This document shows, piece after piece, positions 1 to 11,803 of a DNA stretch of 53,881 nucleotides. A model generated the notes under the pieces. That model was given only the letters and a program-made list of their open reading frames with translations, was not told the origin of the DNA and did no database searches. Each line of letters starts with the position of its first letter. The stretch's first letter is position 1. The stretch spans positions 1 through 53,881 of the forward strand of contig MU008180.1 in assembly GCA_010909165.1 (NCBI GenBank), read 5' to 3'. This DNA comes from Anthoceros angustus (taxonomy: Eukaryota; Plantae; Anthocerotophyta). The position numbers and the translations under genes were made by a program.

Positions 1-589
1 AGCATTCCGTGTACTCGCCAGACCTACTACCACCGGGCCTCGTGATGCCGCTCTTTCACCACCCCGATGCACCGCCTTCCTGTGGTTCACCACTTGAACC
101 ATCGGCTCAATGGGGGGAGTATGTTCCAAAATGGTCTAATTGCCCCAACTGGGAAACACACCTTGTCACAAGATCATCACGGATGTGGACAAGGGAGGAA
201 ATTGCAGATCAAGTGGTGGAAGGAGTCACAAACCGCTAGGTTCCTCGACCATGGGACCTCACTGGATGACCAAGGAGGTTGACGGGACTTATTAGCGAGT
301 ATGCATTGCTTTGCATTTTCTATGCAAGAGCTCAAGCGCTGCAACATTATGAAGTTCGAATCGTCGACCAACCCGAACCCATCTACCGAGGCGATACAGC
401 AAAAGTCCGAATGGCAAATCGTGGACGACGGTGTCGAACTTTTGGCAGAGGCCGTCTGTAGATTTTGCAGCCACAAGTGCTTTCCACAAAAAGGACAACA
501 AGGGCTTTGATATAGTTTGGCGGAGACTATCGACCTATCAACGCAGCCACAGCCTGTGATGTACGGCGCACACGAGGAGCCGCTTTGAC

Positions 590-1090
590 AACATAGGCAG
601 TCAACATTCAACGCCGGATTTGAGGTGGATTCAACCAAATCCCTATCGGAGGAGGACATTCACAAGACCGCTTTCATGGCTCTGTGGAGTGGCTGGTTAT
701 GCCCTTCGCCTTCAGAATCGCACCGGTCACAATCCAGAGGGTGATGGACAAGGTGTTAGCAGGAGCTGCTAACATGCTGTGTTATATCGATGACGTACTG
801 GTACATAGCCCAGACTTTGAGTCACACCTGGAGCATCTCGAAGACCTATTCAAGAGGCTAAGGAAGGCGCAGCTCACATGCCACCCAGCCAAGTGTGAGT
901 TTGGCATGGACACAGTGGCATATTTAGGCCATCGCATTGTGCCTAACGGGGTGATGCCACATGCGGCAAAGGTACAGGCCATTATGCAGGTAGCACCACC
1001 CACGCATGTGTCCGCCCTCAGAGCTTTCCTAGGACTCTGCAACTATTATCGGGTGTACATACAAGGTTTTAGCAAAGATAGCAAAGCTGA
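590..1090 (+). pseudogene. Gypsy reverse transcriptase (frameshifted at N-terminus)
   Basis: ORF 684-1160: EWLVMPF..., CYIDDVLVHS (YxDD), KCEFG...YLGH, LRAFLGLCNYYR; upstream EEDIHKTAF motif at ~650-677. Confidence 0.95.
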
Positions 1091-1149
1091 ATGCCGCGAA
1101 AGGATGTGCAATGGGAATGGAACGAGAGTGCTGGAAGCATTCAAATCAA

Positions 1150-1500
1150 GGGTAGGTTAGTGGACCGCCACCATGGCCACCCAACTTCGATGAGCTTCAG
1201 GCGCACGTATTGGAGCAACTGGGCCGGAGTCAGGCCGTGGGATGAGCGGAATCATGAGCGAGTAGTGGCGTATGCCTGTGAGTAACAACAAGGCCGAGGC
1301 CAATTATGGCGCTACGGGCGAGAATGCCCGGCCGTCAGAGTGGGGTGTGTCACTGCATCGTATCTCTACGGTAGGAAGTTCACGTTGATCGATCACCAGC
1401 CCACTAAGTGGCTCATGACTAACACAAAACTCTGGCAAATTAGCAAGGTGGGCAATGACCGCAAGACTATGACTTCGACATCACATGTGCCGGGTCCGCC
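1150..1500 (+). pseudogene. Gypsy RNase H remnant
   Basis: Stitched frames give YWSNWAG, ERVVAYAC, NNKAEANYG, YLYGRKFTLIDHQPTKWLM, typical RT-RNaseH motifs. Confidence 0.85.
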
Positions 1501-1789
1501 ATCACGTCGATACCGTCCGAAACCCTATTGGCGCGACCGGATAACATGGAGGCTCGACAGGACCATGATGAAATACCCTCCGCGTACTGTGGCCATGGTG
1601 GTACTGGGCATGTGAAGGGATCATGCGCACAACAAGACATATGGAGGGACTCACACATTACATACAGATCGATACCTAGTGAGGAGTGCATGCGTAACGG
1701 GAGCGAATCCAGAGGCGAGCTGTATCACCGGGTGACAACTATCCGTCGTGAAGTCGAGCAACGGTATTGAGAAATTAGTACCACCACCA

Positions 1790-2770
1790 CACGAGCGCGA
1801 GGGCTGGTTAACCGTGTTCATGAAGGCATGGCATTACGGGTCAAGCGAACTTACAGCTTGATTTCATTCCATTGGCATGGAATGTACTGCGAGAGAGACG
1901 TGCGTGCGGTGACAGGTGAAAGCTAACTGGACACTCACGCAACTCCACCCTTTGTCCATCATGGGACTTTTCTACCGGTGGTCCCGACCGCTAGGGTGAG
2001 TCGCCACGCACACCTGTGGGAAATGTATACGCCATGGTAATGATCGAGCATTTCTCCAAGTGGTGGAGTTGGTGGCCCTACCGACAAGTCACGCAAAGAC
2101 GGCCATGGCATTCCTACAAAATGTTCTTAGCAAGTTTGGCGCTTGCCGGAGTGCTTAACCGACCAAGGCTGTAGTTCGTGGGCGAATTCCGTGACTTACT
2201 TGACTCGCTCGATTGATCACAGACGGACTAGTCGCGATCACCCGCAGTGCAGCGGAAGAGAGATATGCATCACCAAGAAAGGACTCACAAGCTTTGTATG
2301 ACTACGCAAGATGTATTGGGATTTAGCCTTGCCCTACATTGCCATGGGTTATAGGATGAGCAAACACGCCTCCTTGGCCCATTTTACCTACTGCTTGAAG
2401 GGAGCCTGTACCTGGGCCTGCCATAGCGGTGCAAGAAGTGCATGGATCGACGATCCCACTACCCGCCAAGGCAATCGGTGAGCGGGCCAAGCTATTTCGA
2501 GGGTGATGCCGATGGCAATGGCCAACTTACGCATTGCCCAAAGACCGGATACCTCAGGTATGCGCACAGAGCGGAAACTTCCGCCCAAGGTCCCAAGTTT
2601 CATCCCGAGACTATGTGTACTTGCAGAGATGCACTCAAGACACATTGATCTGTGGGCTAGCCGCATGTGCTCCGTGTGAAGGAGGTCAAGGACAATGGGT
2701 ATTGGTGTTACAAGGCACATAGGTCACCATGCATCACCTCAAGAATCGCGCTCGGCCACCCGCCAAACTG
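1790..2770 (+). pseudogene. Gypsy integrase remnant (zinc-binding region, DDE core, C-terminal region)
   Basis: Stitched motifs HEGM..YGVKRTYSL, MGLFYRW, MIEHFSKW, NVLSKFGA, CLTDQG, DHRRTSRDHPQ, LPYIAMGYRMSKHASL. Confidence 0.88.
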
Positions 2771-2809
2771 ACCCCACGATTGTCACCACAATTGATACCA
2801 CCGCGGACT

Positions 2810-2962
2810 ACCCATGTATGCCGACGAGTGGATGATCTTGAACTCATGTTGTTGTGTGATGGGTGCAACGGGTTTCCATTTATTTTGCTTAACACCACCA
2901 TGGAAGATGCCGAGCAATGGCGGTACCGCCTCAATTGGGTGGTATCCTCATCCAACCTGTGC
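2810..2962 (+). pseudogene. PHD finger at polyprotein C-terminus
   Basis: ORF 2729-2965 gives VCRRVDDLELMLLCDGCNG and overlapping ORF 2814-3080 continues GFHLFCLTPP...GWYPHPTC; together most of the C4-H-C3 PHD consensus (LLCDxC, FHxxCLxPP, W). Confidence 0.85.
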
Positions 2963-3024
2963 TAATGGTACCCTGGAGTCAATAATGGTCGCTCATTTTG
3001 GCACCGGGTCGCCAAACCGGGGAC

Positions 3025-3208
3025 AGAGTTTTCACCTAGTTGTCGCCATCGCACTATCATCACGATGGGCGCACTGCTAGATCGAAGGATGCCAAGACAA
3101 AGCCCCTCACCGCTTTTGACTACGACAAAGACCGCAAAGAAGGTCCGTGAGCTAAGAACCGACCGCATCATGAGTTCGCCGCTCGAGGCTAGGGTGTATT
3201 TCGCGACA
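3025..3208 (+). repeat. Short LTR-like direct repeat, copy 1 (TGTCGC 3041 ... GCGACA 3208)
   Basis: Aligns over ~170 bp with 3827-4000; inverted TG...CA termini. Confidence 0.85.
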
Positions 3209-3826
3209 TGACATTGCCGGGCGCCGACACACATCGCCCAAGGTAGGATAGAGCGTATCAAATGCTCATTTGTTATTTAGATAATAAGTGAGACTCGGAG
3301 GTAGTTAGTTGCCGCTTAGGGTTAGGTTAGCCACCACGTGGCTCGCACTTGATCATCGGATGGGCACTAGGTCACACTAGCGTTGCTTCACGGTGGTCAC
3401 AAGGACGGGCGAAATCCCACCTGAGCAGGGTGACGGGGCGATCAACACAAGTCCCTGACCGACTCCAAGCATTATGTGCAGACGGCCATCCCACGCATGG
3501 GAAAACAGGATGAACGCCAGAATCGCTGAGAGAGAACCAACAGCTAAGTGCAAGCCTTCGCCTTAGGAGATAAGTTGTTAGAAGTCATAGCCGAAACCGG
3601 TGAACGCTCGTAGCTCCGAGTCACGCAAACAACTTGTCAATTCGCATTCAATCTCAAATTGCCCGGAGTGTACCGGGAGTGATTGACGCCAGGGCATGAA
3701 CGGCCGATTGCTATGCACTTATCGTAACTCAAACAAGAACCCGCAACGCGTGTATCGTTGATCGTGCTTGCCCGAGCTAACTCTCACGACCTTTGGGGAA
3801 TGCAACCGAGGTCTAAACAAGCGGTG

Positions 3827-4000
3827 AGAGTTTTCACCGTTGTCGCCATCGCACTATCACGATGGGCGCACTGCTAGATCGAAGGATGCCGCAAAAACAG
3901 CCCCTCAAATTGCTTTTGACTACGACAAAGACCGCAGAAGGTCCAGAGTTGCCAAGAACTGGCCGCATCATGAGTTCACGAGGCTAGGTGTACTACGACA
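3827..4000 (+). repeat. Short LTR-like direct repeat, copy 2 (TGTCG 3841 ... CGACA 4000), terminal
   Basis: Aligns with 3025-3208; marks junction with family A sequence. Confidence 0.85.
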
Positions 4001-5417
4001 TCCATTCTACAGACTGGGACTAAGGTCCTCTGCCAGTGGAACAACTCAAGCATGAGGCCCAAGCACGGCAGAGGACCTCCGCAGGAGGAGGGGGTAGCCA
4101 AGGAAGGCAGGAGCCGAGGGCAAGTTGAGAGGGCGCTGGGACCCGCCGAGGTGGCTAGGCGGAACAACACCAAGCCGTGGAGGCCTGTGTGAAGGCGGCT
4201 GCTGAAGTGAAGCCACGGCTAAAACCGACCGGGATCACTACGAGGGATCAACGGTGGAGGGAGAGGGACCGCGCTAGCTTGAAGGCTGTAAGTGAGGCGC
4301 GAGCAAAGGCTCCGTAGAGGAGAAGGAGGCCAGTAATAAGGAGATGGAGGATCTTCGACTCAGCTTGCAAAAGCGTGAAGAGCGCGTGAGATGGAAGACA
4401 TAGAAACCTTGAGCCGCCCAAGAGACAATCGAGCGGAGCTGGTTTACGGGCGTGATCGCGGATCACGAGCGCGAGATAGAGTCTCAGCTCTGCTGGCGGA
4501 CCGAGAGGTGGGCGCGATGGAACAAGGAGCAGACGTCACGAGATGGAAAGAACTGGATGAAGCGGACTCGGAACGGGCGAATCGCCGGATCGCCTGGAAA
4601 GAGAGATGGCGAGCCCGTGCCGACGAATGAACGGAGGCAAGAGCCCGGACGTAGAAGAAGCATCGTCCAGAAAGTGGAGGGGGAACGCACTGCCATGTGT
4701 AAGTTTGGCAGCGGAGCTAAAGACGGAGCCGGAGCAGTGTGGTGACAGGTGAGGTAACAGAGGCCTCCTCGTGGCTCAGCGACCGCCTGCCCACCGACAA
4801 CCCGGTGGACGACCGGCAAGCCGGACAAAGACGCCGCCTCGAGCACTCTATGGCGAAGGAGTACGTGTGCTCCGGCATGTGGAATAGGCAATCCAGCAAA
4901 TCAACTCGGATTTCGCCTACTACCACGCCGAGTCTCAAGGCATTGGAAGCTTCCCGCGCCTAATCGAATCGATGAACCTCCAAGGCTCCGGCTCAAGAAG
5001 GGCATGGGGACAAGACGGGGCCTTGGGTGGCCCTGCTTTGGGGACGACGGAAGCCTGGAGAAGAGCCCTGAGAGTGTGACGCGCCAACACAACCGAACGG
5101 AGGTAAGACAACAGAACCAATCAGAGGATATAGGGACGAGGGTCCCGGCGAGGAGGTGAGAAAGGAGGAAACCAACCCGGATCCGAGCTTATGGAAGGGA
5201 GCCTGGCTGTGCGATGGACCCAATAAAGAGGGGTGGTCGAGGTTGGGGGTCCGGACTTGAGGATCGACTGTAATAAGTTCGACCTCGGTCCGAACCTGCA
5301 GATGAGACCTGACTGGAAGACCGGACTCGGAAAATAAGTCCCAACTCTCAAGTTTGACTCGAGCCGAGACCGGACTCCCGAGGTCCGGACGGAGGTGAGG
5401 GGACCCTCCACTCACAC
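4001..5417 (+). mobile_element. Family A gypsy 3' region, copy 1 (C-terminal part of extra ORF plus CCGAGGTCCGGAC-type tandem array)
   Basis: GACTAAGGTCCTC..CAGTGG (4018) matches ~21072; TCGCCTACTACCACGCCGAG (~4914) matches ~21925 and ~46745(-); truncated by the PHD element on the left and a copia LTR on the right. Confidence 0.85.
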
Positions 5418-5642
5418 TGATGAGAATCATACACAAAGCTCTAGCAATATGTGTTGCATTACATTCATAATAGAAAGTACATGCCTTTATGTAGGCAAGG
5501 TAGTTGTAACCAATAAGTGGTTGTAACAACTAACCAATTAAATAACTACTAAAAGAAACTACCTAGAGCCCTAAGGACTAAATTAATTATTAAGTCCTAG
5601 GTGCCCTAGTGAAGAGTGCCCTAATAGTAAGCTATTTTATCA
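5418..5642 (-). repeat. 3' LTR (~225 bp) of copia element 1
   Basis: Inverted termini TGAT...ATCA; directly preceded on the - strand by polypurine tract AGTGAGTGGGAG (5643-5654); abrupt GC-to-AT composition switch at 5418. Confidence 0.75.
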
Positions 5643-7329
5643 CTCCCACTCACTATGAACTAGGGGTGATTTTCGACCAAAAGAGGTCTAGGAAAACTAG
5701 TCTAGTAAAAACTAGTCCCTAACTAAACTTTACTTAAAGGCATAAAGTAAAACTTAAGGTAAAACTGAAAGTAATAATCACTATTAAAATAACTCCCACT
5801 TAAGGAGAACGAGATGAGAAACTAATAACCCAACTTCAAGAAATAGGTGGAATTAAAACTAATTAAAAGTATTTAAGCGGATTTATATATAGAGGAAAAT
5901 CCAGAAAATACCCTAATTTCCGAAAAGGAAAATCAAAAGGATAATGGATAATACCCTTCTTCCTCAAACTTCACGAAACGCGATCGACAACTTGGTGGTT
6001 GGTACATGTGCAGTGTGATGGCGATGGAGGGGTGGCTACCGCAGCAAGGCGCGCCAATCCCGCCACGGAGGAGGCGCCACGGGGCCATCGCCTGCCCGAG
6101 CCCCGGGCCCTCCCGCGGCGGCCGCTGCCGAGGCCGGGCGCGCTTCCGCCTAATGCGCCGGCCCGGCAAGGGACGCCACGGGCGCCAGGGCGCCCAAACA
6201 AAAGGACAGAGGGCGCCCCACCGATGCATCTAGTCGTGTCCTCGCTGATGAAGAGTCTCTCCACTGCACTCCCTTCCCGCATTTTTCGAAGAAATCTCGT
6301 GATTTGTCATTGATCCGACCTCATCCTCGGAGGATGAAACTGAACCAGATGCCTAAGGATCCTCGGACGCCCAGCTAAGAGGGAAAGCCCAAGTCCGGAA
6401 GTGTAAGATTGCGTCTTCGCCGCCATGTCTTCATTTCCGCCATGTCTTCATTTGTGAAGCAATTCCGGATGTGCTCACCAAAGGGGAGGAAGCGCAAGGT
6501 GATGAGGACGTGCCTCCCCTCTCAATGAATGATGCTCCGCCGCAAAATGCCCACCTGCCAAAAGTGTTTGTAGGAAAGATTGCTGCCCATCTTATGCTTC
6601 TAAGAAGAAGCTATGACACAAGTGGATTACAAGGATGCTAACTTGATGGATAAGAGGTCGACACTTGTGTGGTCGACGCTTGCGATGGGTGGAGACGGCA
6701 TGGGGAGGACAAGGAAGGGCGAAAAGAAAGGTGCAATATATTAAATAAGGGTTATCCAAGATTTTAAGCATCCTAATTTCTATATGAGTTTTAGGATCGA
6801 ATAACCTAGCATAAATTTTCTGCATTGATGCGTAAACACATTTTGTTTCCTAAGTGTATTAAAGACAAAAACATGGGCTATTATAAGTCGAATTCTACCA
6901 AAAGGTGACCAGGAAAATAAAGTATACATACTCACCTTAGGTTTAAGTGAAAAGGAGATGTCCCGACTCCTATATATGTGAGGAAACTACCATCCACATG
7001 ATAAAAATAGCAAGTCTCCCATGTGAGGAATTTCCAGGACATATCAAACATATTTTCCGTAGGTGCCTTTGGTGCTAAGGGAATTTATTGTTTTAATCAC
7101 ATAAATACTGCTTAAATATTATTTTTATTTTTAATATAAATATTCCAGGTTCTATGTTGGCCTATGAAGAGGAAGGCAGGATGACCTAAGCTATTTTGAG
7201 ATAGAAGAAGAAAATGTTCAGAAAAATAGTAAGACAATAATTTTTGGGCTAAGATTTTAAGGTTATCTTAAATCGGCCCTAAGGCTGCTAGGGTGAGTAT
7301 TAGGTTAAAGGTTTGGACAGTGTGTCCAT

Positions 7330-8890
7330 TATACCCAAACATTTCATGTGTTTCCTATGTAACTCAATTCCCAATGACTTTGTTAATAAATCACAGATTG
7401 TCTAAAGTTTGAACATAACTAATATTTATGGTTTGATCTTCTAACTTTTCCCTTATGTAGTGATACTCAACAGCTATATGTTTAGTTCTAGAATGAAAAC
7501 AGGATTTCGTGCAAGTGCAATGGCACCGCTATCACTAAACAAAGATGTAGGCTTAAGTTGAGGATGGTGAAGTTCACTCAAAACTAACTCGGACCACACT
7601 ATGTCTTTAGAACCGAGGTTAGCACTAGATTGATTTGACAAAGCTATAGTAGGTTGTTTCTTACTTGACCGTGATATTGGTGCTCCTCTAAGAGTAATAC
7701 ATACCGACATGATTTTCGTGTGGTGGTAAAGATAGTCATCAAGATATGCCGTTAGAGTTAATGTGTTGATAGCTGGTGTATGCTTGAACATCCCCCCTGT
7801 ACATAGTGCCTTTAAGGTATCTCGAATATACGCTTATGACATCCAAAGGCTCACGCCCGTGGTTCTCCAAGAATTGTGAGGGTGAACGACTTCAAAAGAT
7901 ATATCCGGTCTCGTAAAATTGCATAAATATATTAGAGTGCCAAAGATGTCGGATGGAAGCGACATTTCTAGCTTTTCTTCACTGCTTTTGGGACTCATAT
8001 CGAGGTAAGCCTAACACCACTTGCAAAAGGTGTGGGTGCTTTGCATCCTCAAGTCCAAATTTAGCTAAACTCTCCTTAATATACTTGGTTTGAACTATAC
8101 TTAGAGTCTTATTACCTCTATTTATAATATTAACACCAAGTGCATATGTCATTTCTCCTAGATCGGACATCTCAAATAGAGTCCTAAGCCATGCTTTAGT
8201 TTCGCTAGGAGAGTGAGGGTTTGTTGCCATAAAACATCATCAACATAAAGTAGAAGATAAAATATATCATTGCGATATTAGGATGTACATACAAGCATCA
8301 CCGGCTTTGCTTAAATCCTCTCCCAATAAGTTGTACATGTATGGTTAAGTTCCAATTGCTCGCTAAGGCCATACAAACCTTTGATGAGTCGGCATACCCA
8401 ATCTTCTTTGCCTCAGAACCTGGGTTGTCTCATGTATATTTCTCTCTGCGCCCATACAAATATCTGTCTTAACATCCATCATGTGGAGTTCAAGATCATG
8501 TTGGGCACATAAGGCAAATATCATTCAAGTGTGGCAAATTTACTGGGGCATAAGTGGCCCAAGGTATGTAATCTAGACCAGAATTGTGTAAAACCTCCGC
8601 TACTAGACGTGCCTTTTATACCTTTCTATAGAACCATCTCCTTTTCTTTTAATTTTGAATACCCATTTGCTGGTTACTATCTTCCTACCCCTAGGTGGTT
8701 TGACCAATTCCCATGTAGAGTTATTAACTAGGGAATTATATTCTAATCTATGCCTACCTTCCATAAGTCTTTTTCGTGAGAAGAGAAAGCTTGTTTTAAG
8801 GTAAGAGGTTCTTCCGGGTCTATAGTTGCCTTGTATGCCTTGAGAATAAAGTGATATAGGGGTATAGGATCATCAAAACAAATTTAGGTA
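7330..8890 (-). pseudogene. Copia RT and RNase H (frameshifted)
   Basis: EEPLTLKQAFSS, TWELVKPPRGRK, SKWVFKIK, LYVDD (8240-8255), FEMSDLGEMTYALG, GAPISRSSKKQPTIALS, AIALARNPVF. Confidence 0.93.
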
Positions 8891-8899
8891 TCCTAAAGG

Positions 8900-11803
8900 A
8901 GGTTCTTCCAACCGCCTCCCTACGGTAGTCGCCTCCCCTCTGGGTAGGTCGCCTCCCTATGAAGTGGTTGCCTCCCATGCGGTTGCCCCTGACGGGGGAG
9001 GGTCGCCTCCCCTGGTGCCTCCCTACCGTAGTAGGTTGCCTTCTTCCCTCTGTTCCTTATGGCACTATGGGCTCCTCTCGCCATTTCTTCTCCAAACTCC
9101 TGAGTCCATATCGCTTGTGACCTCATCAAAGTCTAAGGCCCCGCTTAACTGCATGAGGGCCTCCCTATCATCATCGTGTGGCCCAAGCATCCTCCTCTTC
9201 ACAATTATTGTAGGCCTCCACACACCATGCCATCGCCCAATATTTTTGGCAATGGGTTTACACTCCAAACTACCACCATGCGCTTCATGAGTTGGGGTTT
9301 CTTGGCCTTGAAACCCTTCACGGCATCCACACGCTTCCTCCGGAACCAGCCTCATCCTTGCCTTGGCTCTTAGCAATCCCATGAGGAGAACAAACACCAA
9401 GCTAAGCACCAAGAACACTAAGGACGCCCTCTCTTAGAAGAAATTCACTCTCAAAACCAAGCCAAGGCACACAAGACCCAAGAAATTGATGCCACAAGAA
9501 AAGAGAACACCAAGAGGAGATGGCGGCATCACTCTTAAGAAGGCACACACACAGAGGGCGCACACAAGCTCTAGCTCACTCCCTCTCTGCACTTTTAGAG
9601 GCTCCTTCTTCTCATGCGACAATTATAGCAGAGCTCCTAAATTGCAGCCATAGATTTGAGTGGTTGCGTAAGCATGCCCCATATCCCATCCATTAGCATA
9701 CCAGCCATAACCTCTAATTTCTATCGTAGCCATCAATCCCCACCATGAATCTAAGGATCCTTTCCATCCATCTTGCACAAATTCAAGACCCTAGTTGGTT
9801 TGCACCAAGAAGGCTCTTAAGTCATCAATCCTTCACTCTTGTGCAAGAGCAACATTCCCTGCATCTCCTTGGCCCTAGGCGCCCCATAGAGACCATCCTA
9901 CCCATCAAAACCCAAGGAAAAGCTCAATCCTCAGCCTCCAAAATCGGCGCCGCCCGCAACTCCCTACTAAGAACTTTCCCAATCAGCTCCCGTGTGTCTT
10001 TTGCAAATATAAGCTCATACTCGCACAAAAGGCACCCCATCCGAGTACTGATCCGCCCCATAGGACGCTTAACTCTGAGTTCTTATCCACATATCCAACA
10101 CACCACCTGTTTGTACACCATACATTTCTACCATTCTCCTATTGAACCTCCATTCTCCCATTCTCCACCTTACTCTCCTTACATGCTGACACCGCCTCCT
10201 CTCACCACAACGTCTTCACCTACTTAACATGATGCACAATACCTTCACCATATTGCAGATGCACTGTATTTATACCTCCATCTGCAGCCCACAAAAGCTC
10301 CATGAGAGCTCTACCATGGCCTCTCCTAGTTCAAGATCATGCCATCTCACATCACTCCACTTGCAAGTATGCTTGCACATGGCCTCCTCTTGCAAATGAC
10401 TAGCACCTGCACTCAACTCTCGCCTCTTCTTCATCCTTCGCCTTGTGGCCTTCACCGCAACATGTGCCACTCCTTCGCCAGGGCTCTACCTACCAACGAG
10501 GCTGCCTACCACTGGTCTTTGGGTACCCAGGCTATAGTGGGTACCCCACTCACCCTTGTACGTGTTGTTCCTATCACGGTAGGGTGTGCACCTACCATGG
10601 TAGGCGTCTCCTATACACCATTTGGCCCTATCCTGCATCTCTTGAGCTCCTCTCCGGGCTCGCTCATGGAGGTTTCCTCCTCCTCCGCACAACCCCTCGG
10701 GTTCTACCACGCTTCCTCCTCTTCCTTCGCAGAGTCCTCCAGCCTTGAGCTTGACGATGCTTGTCCTCCAAAGTGTCATAAAGGCAATGGTCTTTCCATG
10801 CTTGGCCTCGAGATGGACAATCTTGAATGGATGCCAAGAACCTTCCAGCTCCTTGCCACACACACACCGGCCTTGACCTCGCCCTTGCTCACAATTCCTA
10901 GCTCTTATACCCTTGCTTTTCCACGAGTTTCCAATTGCTGATTTCGAAGAAGGAATTCTCTAAGGTTCACTTCTTACATCTTCTCCAGCAAATTGAGAGT
11001 CCCTTCTCCGCAATTTCTCTTCAATTCTGACATGCCTTGCTCTTCCCAACACTCCTTTGGGCTTGGGCAAGCATTGCCTTCTTCCTTCCTTCTTCTTCTC
11101 TTGTTGCACCCCTACTTGTCTTGCCTATTTTCCTCCTCTGCTGCCTAGCTTGCGCCCCTCTTCTCTATCCCTGCACAGGCGCACGTACATCGCAATACTG
11201 TGTGGGGCTCTTCTACAGCTCTTGGTGTGGCGGCGCCTTCCTGCAGTGTTGGCGCTTCCTCACCTTCAAGTTGTGACCTCCTACACACATGCAACAGATT
11301 ATAAAGATAACTTGGGGGTTAGGAATGGTAACTACCAATCTACTCTTGGATATGCACCACGTGGCACCTTTTCTGCTTGATTGAGTTTCCCAATTCCTCT
11401 TATACTAAGATACTATTTCCCCTAGTTTCCTAACGGCCCAATCTAGCTTTTAATTTCCTATTCGACCCATTTATCTAGTCCACTATTGGTGGGCATATAT
11501 AGTGGATATCTCCCTATCCTAATTTCCCTTTTAGCCGAGACGCCTACCCCTGAGTCCGCCTTCCTCTTAGCCTACCGTGGCAGCACGGCGGCCGCCCTAC
11601 CGCCTTCGCCTGCCATCTCGCCTGGGTCATTTTGACCCGTTCTTCTTCCTCGGATATCCTCCGCCTTCCCTAACAATATCCTACAACTCCACTTCAAGAT
11701 TCGGAAAATTCCCTAGCATGATCCCTCTTCAATCGTTTAGCCAAAAAATCAAGTTGTCTTCCTCTGGGCTCTTTTGGGCTGGTTGCCCAAACTTTGCGTT
11801 ACA
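8900..11803 (+). mobile_element. Non-coding or decayed LTR-element segment (families C and D), ending ...GCGTTACA
   Basis: 9260-9280 and 10270-10400 align to 28240-28260 and 26330-26500 (-); 11445-11803 aligns to 38515-38910; terminal TTACA is a typical LTR end. Confidence 0.65.
11445..11803 (+). repeat. Family D LTR-end repeat, copy 1
   Basis: Shared blocks CATATATAGTGGATATC, GGGTCATTTTGACC, CTAACAATATCCTACAACTC, GGTTGCCCAAACTTT with 38515-38910. Confidence 0.85.

Larger units (their letters stand above)
1..4000 (+). mobile_element. Ty3/gypsy LTR retrotransposon with C-terminal PHD finger (REM1/Selgy-like), 5' end outside window, decayed
   Basis: Domain order RT-RNaseH-INT-PHD on + strand; ends at ...CGACA (4000), immediately followed by sequence that aligns to the middle of family A (~21060), indicating an insertion junction. 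Confidence 0.88.
5418..8890 (-). mobile_element. Ty1/copia element 1, 5'-truncated, with ~1.7 kb 3' non-pol region
   Basis: RT-RNaseH on - strand followed by long spacer, PPT and LTR; linkage of LTR to this pol is inferred from orientation. Confidence 0.75.

Noticed and set aside
3025-4000. DIRS/Ngaro tyrosine-recombinase element
   Set aside because: The element encodes a DDE integrase and gypsy RT; no tyrosine recombinase motifs seen.
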